From contig OZ244038.1 of NCBI GenBank assembly GCA_965215145.1, positions 1,546,966-1,610,965 of the forward strand: DNA of 64,000 bases, written 5' to 3'. Shown one piece after another: positions 10,082 to 20,002 of the stretch; positions within the stretch are counted from its first letter, which is position 1; each line of letters begins with the position of its first letter. The notes beneath the pieces were generated by a model. The model had not been told where the DNA came from. It made no database searches and saw only the letters and a program-made list of their open reading frames with translations. Position numbers and translations under genes: made by a program. The DNA is from Rhodothermales bacterium (GTDB taxonomy: Bacteria > Bacteroidota > Rhodothermia > Rhodothermales > JANQRZ01).

Positions 10082-10768
10082 TCAGCGCGTCGCACGGGCG
10101 CGCGCGATGAGGGCGGCGAAGAGCCCATCAAACTCCCTGCCCATCCGCTCGGGGTGGAATTGGACGCCGAGAACGAGCCCATCCTCCCGCTCCACGGCCT
10201 CGACCACCCCGTCCGGCGCCCGCGCCGCCACCCGGTACCCCGCGCCGACCTCGGCGATGGCCTGGAGGTGGCGCGTGTTGACCACCAACTCCGATCGGCC
10301 GAGCGCGTCCTGGAGGTGCGTGCCCGGTTCAATGCGGACGGGGTGGTCCGCGCCGCCGCGCTTCTCGCTGTGGACGGCGGCGCCGTCGAGCTGCCGCTCG
10401 ACGTCGGCGTAGAGCGTCCCGCCCGCGACGGCGTTGGCGAGCTGCATCCCGTAGCAGATCCCGAGCACGGGCCGCTCGGCGCCGGCGGTCCGCTCGAACA
10501 GCCACCGGTCCGAGCGTAGCCGGACCGGGTCCGTCTCGGCGATCTCGTCCGGCAGCTCCCCGACGAGCCCCTCGGTGATGGCCGGCCCGCCGGTGACGAC
10601 GAGCCCGTCGAGCAGCGCGGCAAACGCCTCGGCTGCCTCCTCGGTGTCGAGCATCGGGACGGGGAGGGGGAGCCCGCCAGCGCGCTCGACGGCCTGCACG
10701 TACTCCCGCCGGAGCCGCTGCTCGCCGTCGTTCAGCGAGGTCGTGATGCCGATGCGGGGACGGGGCAA
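10082..10768 (-). CDS. Gamma-glutamyl-gamma-aminobutyrate hydrolase family (peptidase C26, class I glutamine amidotransferase)
   Basis: LGICYGMQ nucleophile elbow and GVQFHPE. Confidence 0.92.
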   Translation of the reverse strand: MPRPRIGITTSLNDGEQRLRREYVQAVERAGGLPLPVPMLDTEEAAEAFAALLDGLVVTGGPAITEGLVGELPDEIAETDPVRLRSDRWLFERTAGAERPVLGICYGMQLANAVAGGTLYADVERQLDGAAVHSEKRGGADHPVRIEPGTHLQDALGRSELVVNTRHLQAIAEVGAGYRVAARAPDGVVEAVEREDGLVLGVQFHPERMGREFDGLFAALIARARATR

Positions 10769-10847
10769 GGGAAGAGGGAAGAGAAGGTGAGCCGGATATG
10801 TTAGCGACGATGGTAGAGCCTACCGAACTGAAGCTGCAAACTGGTCC

Positions 10848-11168
10848 TCACCACACGTCGGCGAGGGTGAGGCGCTGCGGGTTCGGCCGCCCGGCGTCGA
10901 GGCCGAGGGCGGTCGAGCCGTCGCCGCGGAAGTCGCTCGTCACGTCGGGGAGCGCGCCCGCGTCGAGGAGGTCGTAGAGCACGTGCTTGATGGTGCGGTT
11001 CCGGTCGAGGCGGCTGCTCGTCGAAGTCCCGTGGATGACGGTGAGGCGGCTGCGCCCGCGGTCGGCCGCGAGCCGGGCCGCCCGGCGGATCATCGCTTCG
11101 GCGTCGGCGACGGTGGCGCCGTGGAGGTCGAGCGTGACGGTCTGGCCGTCGTCGGTGAGGCGGGGCAT
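10848..11168 (-). CDS. Stand-alone Smr domain protein
   Basis: TLDLHG and TVIHG motifs. ATG at 11168. Confidence 0.8.
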   Translation of the reverse strand: MPRLTDDGQTVTLDLHGATVADAEAMIRRAARLAADRGRSRLTVIHGTSTSSRLDRNRTIKHVLYDLLDAGALPDVTSDFRGDGSTALGLDAGRPNPQRLTLADVW

Positions 11169-11277
11169 GGCGAGGTCGGAGGAGCGCGGAAAGAAAGGTA
11201 GGCCCTTCCGGCGCGCTCCGGAGCCGGACTCATAGATTGGCGTACCACCCGCGCCTCTCTCACCCACGCCCCTCCCG

Positions 11278-12333
11278 ATGCCCTCCTTCAGCGACGCCCT
11301 CGACCTCGTCAAGGCCACCGGCCGCGAGGTGGCCGACGACAACTGCACCAGCATGGCGGCGGCCATCGCGTACTACACGCTGTTCTCGCTGCCGCCGCTG
11401 CTCGTCATCCTCGTCGGCGTAGCGGGGCTCGTGTTCGGGGCGGATACGGTGCAGGAGCAGATCACCGGGCAGGTCGGCAGCCTCGTCGGGCCCGGCGGGG
11501 CGGCCGAGATCGAGACGATGATCCAGAACGCGGGCGACCTCGGCGGCGGCAACGTGATGGGCAAGGTCGTCGGCCTGCTCGCCCTGCTGTTCGGCGCGAC
11601 GGGCGCCTTCGCCCAACTGCAACGCTCGCTGAACCGGGCCTGGGAGGTCCGGCCCGACTCCGACGAGGGGGGGCTCAAGAACTTCGTCTTCAAGCGGGTG
11701 CTCTCGTTCGGGATGGTGCTCACGATCGCGTTCCTCCTCGTCGTCTCGCTCGCGGCGAGCGCGGCGCTGACGGCCCTCTTCGGCGCGGTCGAGGGGGCGC
11801 TCGGTCCGGCCGGCGCCATCCTCGCCCGGATCGGCGACATCGTGCTGAGCCTCGCCATCTTCACCGGCCTCTTCGCCGCGATGTTCAAGGTGCTCCCCGA
11901 CGCGGAGATCACGTGGAAGGACGTGTGGGTCGGCGCCCTCGTTACGGCGGCGCTGTTCGTGCTCGGCAAGTTCCTGATCGGGCTCTACCTCGGGTTCTCC
12001 TCGCCCGGCGAGGCCTACGGCGCGGCGGGCTCCGTCGTCGTCATCCTCGTGTGGATCTACTACACCGCGCTGATCCTCCTGGCCGGCGCCGAGTTCACGC
12101 AGATCTGGGCCAAGCGCTACGGCTCGCGGATCACCCCGGACGAGGACGCCGTCCGGGTCGTCGAGGAGGAGCGTGTCGTCGAAGAGGGCCGCGAGCGGCG
12201 TGATGTCCAGAAAGACGACGGAGAGGACGACGGGGACGACGACGACCCCGCGCTGCGCGAGGTCCGCCACCCCTACGTCGAGGAGCGCGAGGCGCACCCC
12301 CGCCGCGGCATCAACCCCGAGCCGAAGGAGTAG
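11278..12333 (+). CDS. YihY/virulence factor BrkB family membrane protein
   Basis: AAAIAYYTLFSLPP and YGAAGSVVVILVWIYY. Confidence 0.93.
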   Translation: MPSFSDALDLVKATGREVADDNCTSMAAAIAYYTLFSLPPLLVILVGVAGLVFGADTVQEQITGQVGSLVGPGGAAEIETMIQNAGDLGGGNVMGKVVGLLALLFGATGAFAQLQRSLNRAWEVRPDSDEGGLKNFVFKRVLSFGMVLTIAFLLVVSLAASAALTALFGAVEGALGPAGAILARIGDIVLSLAIFTGLFAAMFKVLPDAEITWKDVWVGALVTAALFVLGKFLIGLYLGFSSPGEAYGAAGSVVVILVWIYYTALILLAGAEFTQIWAKRYGSRITPDEDAVRVVEEERVVEEGRERRDVQKDDGEDDGDDDDPALREVRHPYVEEREAHPRRGINPEPKE

Positions 12334-12409
12334 CGAAGAGCGCTTCTCGCACCGGCGCCCGTAGCGGCACGGCACCGCCTTGCCCGCAGGCTGACCTCGA
12401 TCTCCTGCG

Positions 12410-12793
12410 TTAATCTCCTGCGTTCTCGATGGCGTAGCCTGCCTCCTTCCACCCCCCGAAGCCGCCGTCCATCGAGGCCACGTTCGTGTAGCCCATCCGC
12501 CGGAGGTTGTCGGCGGCGAGGGCCGAGCGGTAGCCGCCCCCGCAGTAGAGCACGATCTCCGCGTCGAGGTCGGGGAAGCGCTCCTCGGCGTCGCGCTCGA
12601 TCACGCCCTTGCCGAGGTGGACGGCGCCGGGTACGTGACCGCGCGCCCACTCGCTCTCCTCGCGCACGTCCACGAGGGCGAAGCCGTCGCCGCGCTCGCG
12701 GCGGGCGTGGACGGCCTCGACGTCGGTCTCGGGGACGCGGGCGCGGGCCTCGTCGACGAGGCGGACGAACCGGGGGGCGTGCTGTTTGGACAT
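12410..12793 (-). CDS. Rhodanese-like sulfurtransferase
   Basis: DVREESEW, GHVPGA and YCGGGYRS. Confidence 0.93.
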   Translation of the reverse strand: MSKQHAPRFVRLVDEARARVPETDVEAVHARRERGDGFALVDVREESEWARGHVPGAVHLGKGVIERDAEERFPDLDAEIVLYCGGGYRSALAADNLRRMGYTNVASMDGGFGGWKEAGYAIENAGD

Positions 12794-12808
12794 GGGGGAA
12801 GGGGAGTG

Positions 12809-12836
12809 GTAGGGGCGTATCGCAATACGCCCCTAC
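12809..12836. repeat. GTAG-type REP palindrome
   Basis: gtaggggcgtatcgcaatacgcccctac. Confidence 0.85.
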
Positions 12837-12853
12837 TACGGAGGGCGCTCCGA

Positions 12854-13288
12854 TCAGGTGCCCCGTTCCACCTCGCCGAAGGCCGTCACGACGAGGGTGC
12901 GGGGGCCGGGGTGGTCGCGGTGCTCGCAGAGGTAGAGCCCCTGCCACGTCCCGAGCGCGAGGCGGCCGGCGCGGACGGGGATCGTGACGCCGCTGCCGAG
13001 CAGGGAGGCTTTGAGGTGGGCCGGCATGTCGTCCGGGCCTTCGAGGCTGTGCTCGTAAGGAAAGTCCTCTGGGACGGCCTGCGTGAAGTGCCGCTCGAAG
13101 TCGCGGCGGACGTCGGGGGAGGCGCGCTCGTTGAGGGTGAGCGCGGCGGAGGTGTGCTGGATGAACACGTGGCACAGGCCGACCCGGAGCCGCGACAGCG
13201 CGGGCACGGCAGCCACCACCTCGTCACCGACGAGGTGGAAGCCGCGGGGGTGCGGGCGGAGCGTGACGGTCTCCTGGAGCCACAGCAC
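12854..13288 (-). CDS. yjbQ: YjbQ/UPF0047 family (secondary thiamine-phosphate synthase)
   Basis: HTSAALTLNE, EGPDDMPAHLK and LGTWQGLYLCEHR. Confidence 0.92.
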   Translation of the reverse strand: MLWLQETVTLRPHPRGFHLVGDEVVAAVPALSRLRVGLCHVFIQHTSAALTLNERASPDVRRDFERHFTQAVPEDFPYEHSLEGPDDMPAHLKASLLGSGVTIPVRAGRLALGTWQGLYLCEHRDHPGPRTLVVTAFGEVERGT

Positions 13289-13297
13289 GGCGCGCGA

Positions 13298-14932
13298 TCA
13301 GGTCCCGCCCATCATGCCCTCCAGCGGCGGACGCTCGGGGCGCGCCGGTCGCGTGTCGAGACCGGCGGCCACGGCCTCCTCCGTCACGAACTGGCGGTAA
13401 TGGTCGAACCGCTCCAGGATGAGTTCGACGTAGGTCACCGGCTCGAGCCCGCGCGAGAACCCGTAGCGCACGACGGGGTCGCTGTAGACGGCGGGGTTCG
13501 ACTTCTGGAGCAGCCAGAACGCCACGTCCTCCCAGACGGTGTCGTCGGCGCCGTTCTTCGCGGTGAGGCGGCGGGCGTCCTCGACGTGGCCGTGCCCGGT
13601 GTTGTAGGAGGCGAGCACGAACTTCAGCCGCTCGGCCTCGTCGGGGATCTTCTCTCCCCAGTATTCCGCGAGCCACTCCAGGAAGCGGACGGCGCCGGCC
13701 ACGTTGTCGGCGGGGTCGTACGGATCGGTGACGCCGTACTGCCGGGCCGTCGGGGGCATGAGCTGGAGGAGCCCCGTGGCGCCGGCCCACGACTGCGCGC
13801 GCGGGCGGAAGCGGCTCTCCTGGTACGCCTGCGAGGCCAGCAGCCGCCAGTCCCAGCCCAGCGCGTCGGCCCCCTCGCGGAAGAGGTCGTCGTAGTCGGA
13901 GAGCACACCGGTCTCGCTCGACAAGTACTTGCTGTCGACGCGCTCGCGGTAGCCCTTCCGGTCCACGAAGTACTTCCGGTAGAGGTTGGCCTTCAGGCCG
14001 GGGTTCCCCTCGATGAACGCGTTCAGCGCCTCCTGCAATTGCGGCGCGTTCTGGCGGACGGCCCAGGCCACCGTCGCCTCGTCGCCGAGCGTGGGCACCA
14101 CGGCGAGGTTCGAGTACTTCTCGGCCTGGAGCTCGGCCAGCCGCTCCGGTGCCACCGTGAGGTCGACGCGGTTGTAGGCCACGCTGCGGATCAGCTTCTC
14201 GGCCGTGACGCCGTCGACCTCGACGACGTAGATGTCGCCGGTGAGGCTGTCGGAGAGCTCGACGAGGCGGTCCTCGAAGGGGGAGCTGTCGGAGACGTGG
14301 ACGGTCTCGCCGGCGAGCTCCTCCGGGGTGCGGATCAGGCGGGCGCGGAGCTCGACCTGCTCCGGGAGCTCGCCGGCGCGGAGGTCGTCGACGTCGACGT
14401 CGTTGCCCCCCTCGATCCGCTCGGCCAGCCCGAACGAGGTGTCGGACGCCTCGGCCCCCTCGACGATCACGGAGTCCACGGAGTCCGGCAGCTCCGGCGC
14501 CCCGACGGACTGCACCACCGTCGGGCGGGTCTCGTAGAGCGCCGTCGTGAACCGGACGTTCAGGCTGTCGGCTACGCTCGGGACCACACGCGCGGCGACG
14601 ACGTCGCCCTCGCCGGCGTTGAGGAGGTAGAACAGGCTGTCGCGGCTGCCGACGACGCGGACGCGGAGGGCCAGGTCGTTGGCGTCGGCGAACTCCCGGA
14701 GCATGTCGTACTCGAACCCGAGGGGGAGCCCGCGGTAGAGGAAGTACGAGGTCGAGTTGAACATGCTCAGCACGACGAGCGTGTCGCGCTCGAGGATGGC
14801 GTCGAGGTCGCGCTCGATGGGGGCGGGGAGGTCCGCGAGGTCGTCGCCGTCGCCCGCGCAGCCGGCCGTGAAGACGAGGGCGGCCAGCAGCAGGAGCGGG
14901 GCGGCGAGGGCGGTCAGGGAGCGGGGGCGCAT
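13298..14932 (-). CDS. mltF: Membrane-bound lytic murein transglycosylase F-like lipoprotein (SBP plus SLT)
   Basis: Lipobox TAGC, GFEYD, DWRLLASQAYQESRF, GATGLLQLMP and ASYNTGHGHV. Confidence 0.9.
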   Translation of the reverse strand: MRPRSLTALAAPLLLLAALVFTAGCAGDGDDLADLPAPIERDLDAILERDTLVVLSMFNSTSYFLYRGLPLGFEYDMLREFADANDLALRVRVVGSRDSLFYLLNAGEGDVVAARVVPSVADSLNVRFTTALYETRPTVVQSVGAPELPDSVDSVIVEGAEASDTSFGLAERIEGGNDVDVDDLRAGELPEQVELRARLIRTPEELAGETVHVSDSSPFEDRLVELSDSLTGDIYVVEVDGVTAEKLIRSVAYNRVDLTVAPERLAELQAEKYSNLAVVPTLGDEATVAWAVRQNAPQLQEALNAFIEGNPGLKANLYRKYFVDRKGYRERVDSKYLSSETGVLSDYDDLFREGADALGWDWRLLASQAYQESRFRPRAQSWAGATGLLQLMPPTARQYGVTDPYDPADNVAGAVRFLEWLAEYWGEKIPDEAERLKFVLASYNTGHGHVEDARRLTAKNGADDTVWEDVAFWLLQKSNPAVYSDPVVRYGFSRGLEPVTYVELILERFDHYRQFVTEEAVAAGLDTRPARPERPPLEGMMGGT

Positions 14933-14945
14933 AGGGCAGGAGAGA

Positions 14946-15845
14946 CTAAGCGGTGGTAACGGGGGCGGGGCGGCCCTCAGCCATGAGGGCGCGGAGGCGG
15001 GGGAGCGCGGCGGTCATCGCCGCCTCGCCGGCGGCGATGGACTCCTCGGCGCGGGTGTACCCCGTCAGCAGCGTGATGGCGGCGGGGAAGCTCGGGCGGA
15101 GGACGAGTTCGGGGCGGGCCTCGCGGAGGCGGGCCTCCGTCAGCGCGGCGACGGAGACGAACGCGGCCTCCCACACGTCGCGCACGCCCGGCGGCGCCAG
15201 CGGCAGCTCCATCGGCGTCGCCACGGCGGGGCGCTCCTCCGGCGGGATCGGGGCGCCCTCGGGGAAGTGCGGCAGCACGTCCACCGCGAGGACGACCTCG
15301 GCGCCGAGCGCGCGGGCGTGGTCGGCGGGGACGTTGTTGAGGATGCCGCCGTCGACGAGCCGGCGGCCGTCGCGCTCGACGGCGGCGAACACGCCGGGGA
15401 TCGACATCGTCGCGCGGAGGGCCGGCACGACGAGGCCGTCGCGGAAGAGGACCTCGCGGCCGGAGTTGAGGTCCACCGTCGAGATCGCCAGCGGCCGGCG
15501 GAGCTCGTCGAACCGGAGCGCCGCTCCGAACTGCTCGGTGAGGTACGCCTCGAACCGCCGCCCCGAGAACAGCGCCCGCAGCGACGGGATCCGGTCGGCG
15601 AGGCGGATCAGCCGCGTCGCCCGCGCGCGCTCCAGCACCTCGGCCTCGATGGCCTCACCGCTGAGCCCCGCCGCGTACGCCCCGCCGATGAGCCCGCCCA
15701 TCGAGGTCCCGGCGACGACGTCGGCCGCGATCCCCGCCCGGTCGAGCGCCTTCAGCACCCCGACGTGGGCCAGCCCCCGCGCGCCGCCCCCGCCGAGGGC
15801 GAGGCCGAGGCGCGGCTGCGCAGCGTCGGGGGAGGGAGCTTGCAT
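14946..15845 (-). CDS. Patatin-like phospholipase (RssA type)
   Basis: GGGGARG, GTSMG and DGG motifs. Confidence 0.93.
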   Translation of the reverse strand: MQAPSPDAAQPRLGLALGGGGARGLAHVGVLKALDRAGIAADVVAGTSMGGLIGGAYAAGLSGEAIEAEVLERARATRLIRLADRIPSLRALFSGRRFEAYLTEQFGAALRFDELRRPLAISTVDLNSGREVLFRDGLVVPALRATMSIPGVFAAVERDGRRLVDGGILNNVPADHARALGAEVVLAVDVLPHFPEGAPIPPEERPAVATPMELPLAPPGVRDVWEAAFVSVAALTEARLREARPELVLRPSFPAAITLLTGYTRAEESIAAGEAAMTAALPRLRALMAEGRPAPVTTA

Positions 15846-15974
15846 ACGAGGGAGCTAGGGGAGGCTAAAGGAGGTGGTACGCGCGGGAGGCCGGCTCGTG
15901 ATCCAAGCTCGCCCCGGGTAGGCCCCGCGCGGGTGAGTTGTGGGTAAACTCGTCGCCCCGCTCCCTTCGCGCCC

Positions 15975-16769
15975 ATGCCCACTCTCACCGACCAGGCTCT
16001 CACCGACCAGACGGTCCTCATCACCGGCGCCTCCGCCGGTATTGGGTCGGCCTGCGCCGAGGCGTTCGCGGCCGAGGGCGCCCGCCTCGTCCTCACGGCC
16101 CGCCGTGCGGCGCGCCTGCGCCGAGTCGCCGACGCCCTCCGCGAGCGCCACGGCGCCGACGTGCTCCCGCTGGTCTTCGACGTGCGGGAGGTGGCGGCCG
16201 TGGACGACGCGCTCGGGGGCCTGCCGCAAGCGTGGGCCGGCGTGGACGTGCTCGTCAACAACGCCGGGCTCTCGCGCGGGCTCGACCCCGCCTACGAGAA
16301 CACCCCGGAGCAGATCGACCAGATGGTGGACACCAACGTGAAGGGGCTGCTGTGGGTCACCCGCGCCGTCGTGCCGGGGATGCTCCGGCGCGGGCGCGGC
16401 CACGTCGTCAACGTCGGCTCGACGGCGGGGCACGAGGTCTACCCCGGCGGCACCGTCTACGCCGCCACCAAGCACGCCGTCGGCGCCATCACGCGCGGGC
16501 TCAAGATGGACCTCCACGGCACCCCCATCCGCGTCTCGACCGTGGACCCCGGCCTCACCGAGACCGACTTCTCCCTCGTCCGCTTCGACGGGGACCGCGC
16601 CCGCGCCGACGCCGTCTACGCCACCACCACGCCGCTCACCCCGGAGGACGTGGCCGACGCCGCCGTGTGGGTCGCCACGCGGCCGGCGCACGTCAACGTC
16701 GCCGAGGTGGTCCTGACGCCGACGGCGCAGTCCTCGGCCACGATGATCGCGCGGGAGCCCGTAGGATAA
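15975..16769 (+). CDS. SDR family NAD(P)-dependent oxidoreductase (YdfG-like)
   Basis: TGASAGIG, NNAG, YAATK and DPGLTETDFSLVRF. Confidence 0.92.
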   Translation: MPTLTDQALTDQTVLITGASAGIGSACAEAFAAEGARLVLTARRAARLRRVADALRERHGADVLPLVFDVREVAAVDDALGGLPQAWAGVDVLVNNAGLSRGLDPAYENTPEQIDQMVDTNVKGLLWVTRAVVPGMLRRGRGHVVNVGSTAGHEVYPGGTVYAATKHAVGAITRGLKMDLHGTPIRVSTVDPGLTETDFSLVRFDGDRARADAVYATTTPLTPEDVADAAVWVATRPAHVNVAEVVLTPTAQSSATMIAREPVG

Positions 16770-16810
16770 GCGAGCGGGGGACGACGCGTCGGCGCCGCCC
16801 CCCGCTCGTT
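16770..16810. terminator. GC-rich hairpin between convergent genes
   Basis: gcgagcggggg ... ccccgctcgt inverted repeat just after the SDR stop codon. Confidence 0.5.
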
Positions 16811-16834
16811 CGGAGGCTACCGGGCCGGATGGGC

Positions 16835-17755
16835 CTAGCTCGGGGGGAGCTGCATCGTGCGGTTACCCACGAACACGTTCGAGCCGTTGAGGTCCTCGTA
16901 GTCGTCCTCGAGGTAGTAGATCACGTTCGACGCGAACCGGTTCTCCGCCGAGCCGACGCTGGCCTGGATCCCCGTCCCGAACCCGATGAGGACGTTGTTC
17001 GAGACCCGGTCGAGACTCGGGCCGGCGGGGTCCGGCGTGTCTGGGGCGGGGTTGTAGCAGACGCCGAGGAGGCCGTTCTCGCTGGCCTGCGCGAGGTTGC
17101 CCATGAGCTGGTTGCGCGTGCTTCCGCCGCCGCGGACGAAGAAGCCGAGGTTGGTCTCGTAGGCGCTGTTGCCGAGCAGCCGCGCGCCGACCGTGTCGAG
17201 CAGGAGGAACCCGACCTGTGGCGGGACGCCGTTGGCGGGGTCGGCAAACTCGTCGCCGCCGGCAACGCGGACGCCGGCCACGCCGACGCGCCGGCTCCCG
17301 ACGACGGCCACGCCGACGCCGAACGTCTCGAGCGCGCCGCCGCGGACGAGCACGCGCTGCACGCCCTCGATCACGACACCGCGCCCCTCCTTATTGCCGG
17401 GGCCGGTGATCGTATGGTTGTTGAGGTCGAGGAAGACGCCGCTGGCCTGGATCACGATGCCGTCGGCCTCGGCGCTGAAGTCGGCCTCGACGACGTAGAG
17501 CCCAGGCTCGGTGATGACCGTTGGGCCGGTGATGGAGACGGGCAGGACCTCGACCTGATCGGCGACGGTCGCTGCTGAGGGAACATCATCAGCCATAGCC
17601 GCCTCGATGGTCTGGTCTACGAAGGCCGTAAAGGCCGTGGCGTCGGCGGCAGTCTGGTCCGGTGCGGTGAGGCCCCCGTCGTCGCAGCCCGTGAAGAGCA
17701 GCGCGATGAGCAGGGTGAAGGCGCCGAGGCGGACGCGGGAGGTGAGGAAAGGCAT
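16835..17755 (-). CDS. Lipoprotein with right-handed parallel beta-helix (NosD/pectin-lyase-like) repeats
   Basis: Lipobox FTGC, ITEPGLYV, LDLNNHTITG and Asn-ladder repeats. Confidence 0.75.
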   Translation of the reverse strand: MPFLTSRVRLGAFTLLIALLFTGCDDGGLTAPDQTAADATAFTAFVDQTIEAAMADDVPSAATVADQVEVLPVSITGPTVITEPGLYVVEADFSAEADGIVIQASGVFLDLNNHTITGPGNKEGRGVVIEGVQRVLVRGGALETFGVGVAVVGSRRVGVAGVRVAGGDEFADPANGVPPQVGFLLLDTVGARLLGNSAYETNLGFFVRGGGSTRNQLMGNLAQASENGLLGVCYNPAPDTPDPAGPSLDRVSNNVLIGFGTGIQASVGSAENRFASNVIYYLEDDYEDLNGSNVFVGNRTMQLPPS

Positions 17756-17953
17756 GGGGAGGGGGGAGGTTGAGTGGGGAAGGCGGAGTGCGCCGTAGCG
17801 CGGAGCCAACGTCGCCTCCCTCCCTCCACAGCCGCTTCACGAACCCGTCACGGCCCCCTCATAAAGCTGTAACAGTTCGCTTCGCCCGCGGGTCCTCGAC
17901 CGTGTGGTAGAGACGTAGCGTGCTGCGTCTCTACGGGCTGGCCGGGAGGATTC

Positions 17954-19783
17954 TCAAACCTCCGCCTCGCCGTAGCGGGCCCGAACGTCGCGGCGGATCG
18001 CCGTGGCCTCCTCGGTCAGCGTGGTGTGCTGCCCGTTTAGTTCGGCCAGCGCCTCGCGCTCTCGCTCGACGAGGTCGGCGACGGGCTGGACGAGGGCGCG
18101 GACGGCGCCGAGCGCCTCGCGGGCCTCCTCCGCGAACGCCCCGTCGAGGCCGGCGCGGAGGTCCCGGCGCAGCTCGGCCACGCGGTCCTCGAACTCGCGG
18201 ACGGCCTTGCGGCGCTCGCGCGGGAGCAGCCAGAACCCCGCCACCGAGAGCGCCCCCGCCGCGATCAGCCCCCCCGTCACGTCGAGCGCCGAAGCGGCCA
18301 CGACGACGCCCACCACGGCCCCGATCCCGACGGCGGCGGCCTGCGTGCCAGCGAAGAGCGTCGCCGCGTTGCGGGCGTTCTCGAGGAGCCGCCGGGCCTC
18401 CTCGCGGAGGTCGTAGCGCTCGACGTGGCGGCGGGCCTCGCGGCGGACGTCCTCGAACGTGGCCTCGCGGTCGTAGAGGAAGCTCTGCGGCGGCGCGGCG
18501 CCCGGCCCTGCGGGCTTCGGCGTCCGCTGCGCCTGCTCGGCGGCGAAGGCGTAGGCCCGGTTCCAGAGCGCGAGCACGCGGCGGAGCAGGGCGTCCACGG
18601 CCTGCCCCATGGCCGCCTCGACCTCGCGCTCGGAGTCGCGGAGGACCTGCCGGACGAACTCCTCCTTGAAGGCGTCGCGGTCCCGGAGGAGCCGGAGGCC
18701 GGAGAGCCGGATGGTGTCGTCGAGGAAGCGGGTGCCGCGCCGCTCCATCGCGCCGAGCACGGCCTCAACCTCACCGAGGTGGTGGGCGGTGTCGGCCTCC
18801 AGCGCCTCGGCCTCGGCGGCGAAGTCGGCTTCGAGGGCGTCGAGCGCGCGGGCGTCGGCGTCGAGCACGGCGCGGCGGGCGTCGAGCCGCTCGGCGAGGC
18901 CGCCGAGGAGGCGGTCGGCGGCTTCGAGCGGGGCCGTGAGCTTCAGCGCGAGGCGGTCGCGGCCGGTGAGGGCCTCCGTCAGGAACGCCTCCAGCTCCGC
19001 GAACCCGCTCGCCGCCCACTCCCGCTCGTTGAAGCCGCCGCCCTTCGCCGCGCGGGCCTGCCGGGCGCTCACGGGGAACACCCGCGGCGCGAGGTCCAAG
19101 AGCCGCTCGAACCCATCACGGACGTGGCCGATCACCTGCTCCAGGTCGGCCGGGCTCGCCGCGAGGTCGGCCTTGTTGAGCACGACGACGAGCTGCCGCC
19201 CCCAGCCGCCGCGGATGAACTCGAGGAACTGCCGCTCGCTCTCCGAGAGCGGCCGGTCGAACGACGTCACGAACAGGACGAGGTCGGCGCGGGGGATGAA
19301 GTCCTCGGTGAGCGCCTGGTGCTCGCGGACGATGGAGTTGGTGCCGGGGGTGTCCACAAGGGTGAGCCCGCGCAAGAGCGGCGCCGGCACCGTCCGCTCG
19401 GTGACGTATTCACCACGCCGGTGGGTCTCGCTGCGCTCGCCGTGGCGGAGGATCGTGATCCGGTCCGTCGTCGGGACGGGGCCCTCCTCCATCACCCCCT
19501 CACCGAAGAGGGCGTTGAGCGCGCTCGACTTCCCCGCGTTGAACTCCCCGACGACGACCACGAGGAAGCCCTCACCAAGGTGCCGCCGCAGGTCGGCGAG
19601 GCGGCGGAGCGTGTCGTCCTCGCTGCCGGCCGTGCGGAGGGCCGCTTCGAGGTCGCTGAGCAGCGCCCGCTCTCGGTCCAGGAGGGCCTCGGCGGCGGGG
19701 TCCACGAGGGCGGCGTCGGCCCGGAGTGGCGTGGGTTCGGGCCCTGGCGTGGGGGGGGAGGAGGCGTCCGTCAGTCCGGACAT
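17954..19783 (-). CDS. Dynamin-like GTPase (FZL/mitofusin-like)
   Basis: GEFNAGKS (G1), PTT (G2), DTPG (G3), NKAD (G4), coiled coil and C-terminal hydrophobic hairpin. Confidence 0.9.
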   Translation of the reverse strand: MSGLTDASSPPTPGPEPTPLRADAALVDPAAEALLDRERALLSDLEAALRTAGSEDDTLRRLADLRRHLGEGFLVVVVGEFNAGKSSALNALFGEGVMEEGPVPTTDRITILRHGERSETHRRGEYVTERTVPAPLLRGLTLVDTPGTNSIVREHQALTEDFIPRADLVLFVTSFDRPLSESERQFLEFIRGGWGRQLVVVLNKADLAASPADLEQVIGHVRDGFERLLDLAPRVFPVSARQARAAKGGGFNEREWAASGFAELEAFLTEALTGRDRLALKLTAPLEAADRLLGGLAERLDARRAVLDADARALDALEADFAAEAEALEADTAHHLGEVEAVLGAMERRGTRFLDDTIRLSGLRLLRDRDAFKEEFVRQVLRDSEREVEAAMGQAVDALLRRVLALWNRAYAFAAEQAQRTPKPAGPGAAPPQSFLYDREATFEDVRREARRHVERYDLREEARRLLENARNAATLFAGTQAAAVGIGAVVGVVVAASALDVTGGLIAAGALSVAGFWLLPRERRKAVREFEDRVAELRRDLRAGLDGAFAEEAREALGAVRALVQPVADLVEREREALAELNGQHTTLTEEATAIRRDVRARYGEAEV

Positions 19784-20002
19784 GGAGGCGGGGGAAAGGG
19801 GGCGCGTTAACCCGCCGCTGCGGCGGTCTGTTCGCGGGGTTACGGGGGATTGGGAAAGTTCGCACGAAGCTCCGTACTTTATCGGACCCGCCGGAACACC
19901 CCCCCAGGCGGCGACTAAGAGGCTGCTGAAAGGCGCCCCGCAGGCCCGTTCTCGCGCCTCACCCACCTCCGAGTCCCTTTCTACCACCCACAGAGGACCC
20001 CC

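Noticed and set aside
12410-15845. Patatin-containing operon as a CBASS-like defence system
   Set aside because: The patatin is the housekeeping RssA type, its neighbours are mltF, yjbQ and a rhodanese, and no cyclase is present.
19790-20002. Possible riboswitch in long intergenic leaders (also 27378-27538 and 57870-58165)
   Set aside because: I could not match any known aptamer consensus by eye. An Rfam scan would be needed.
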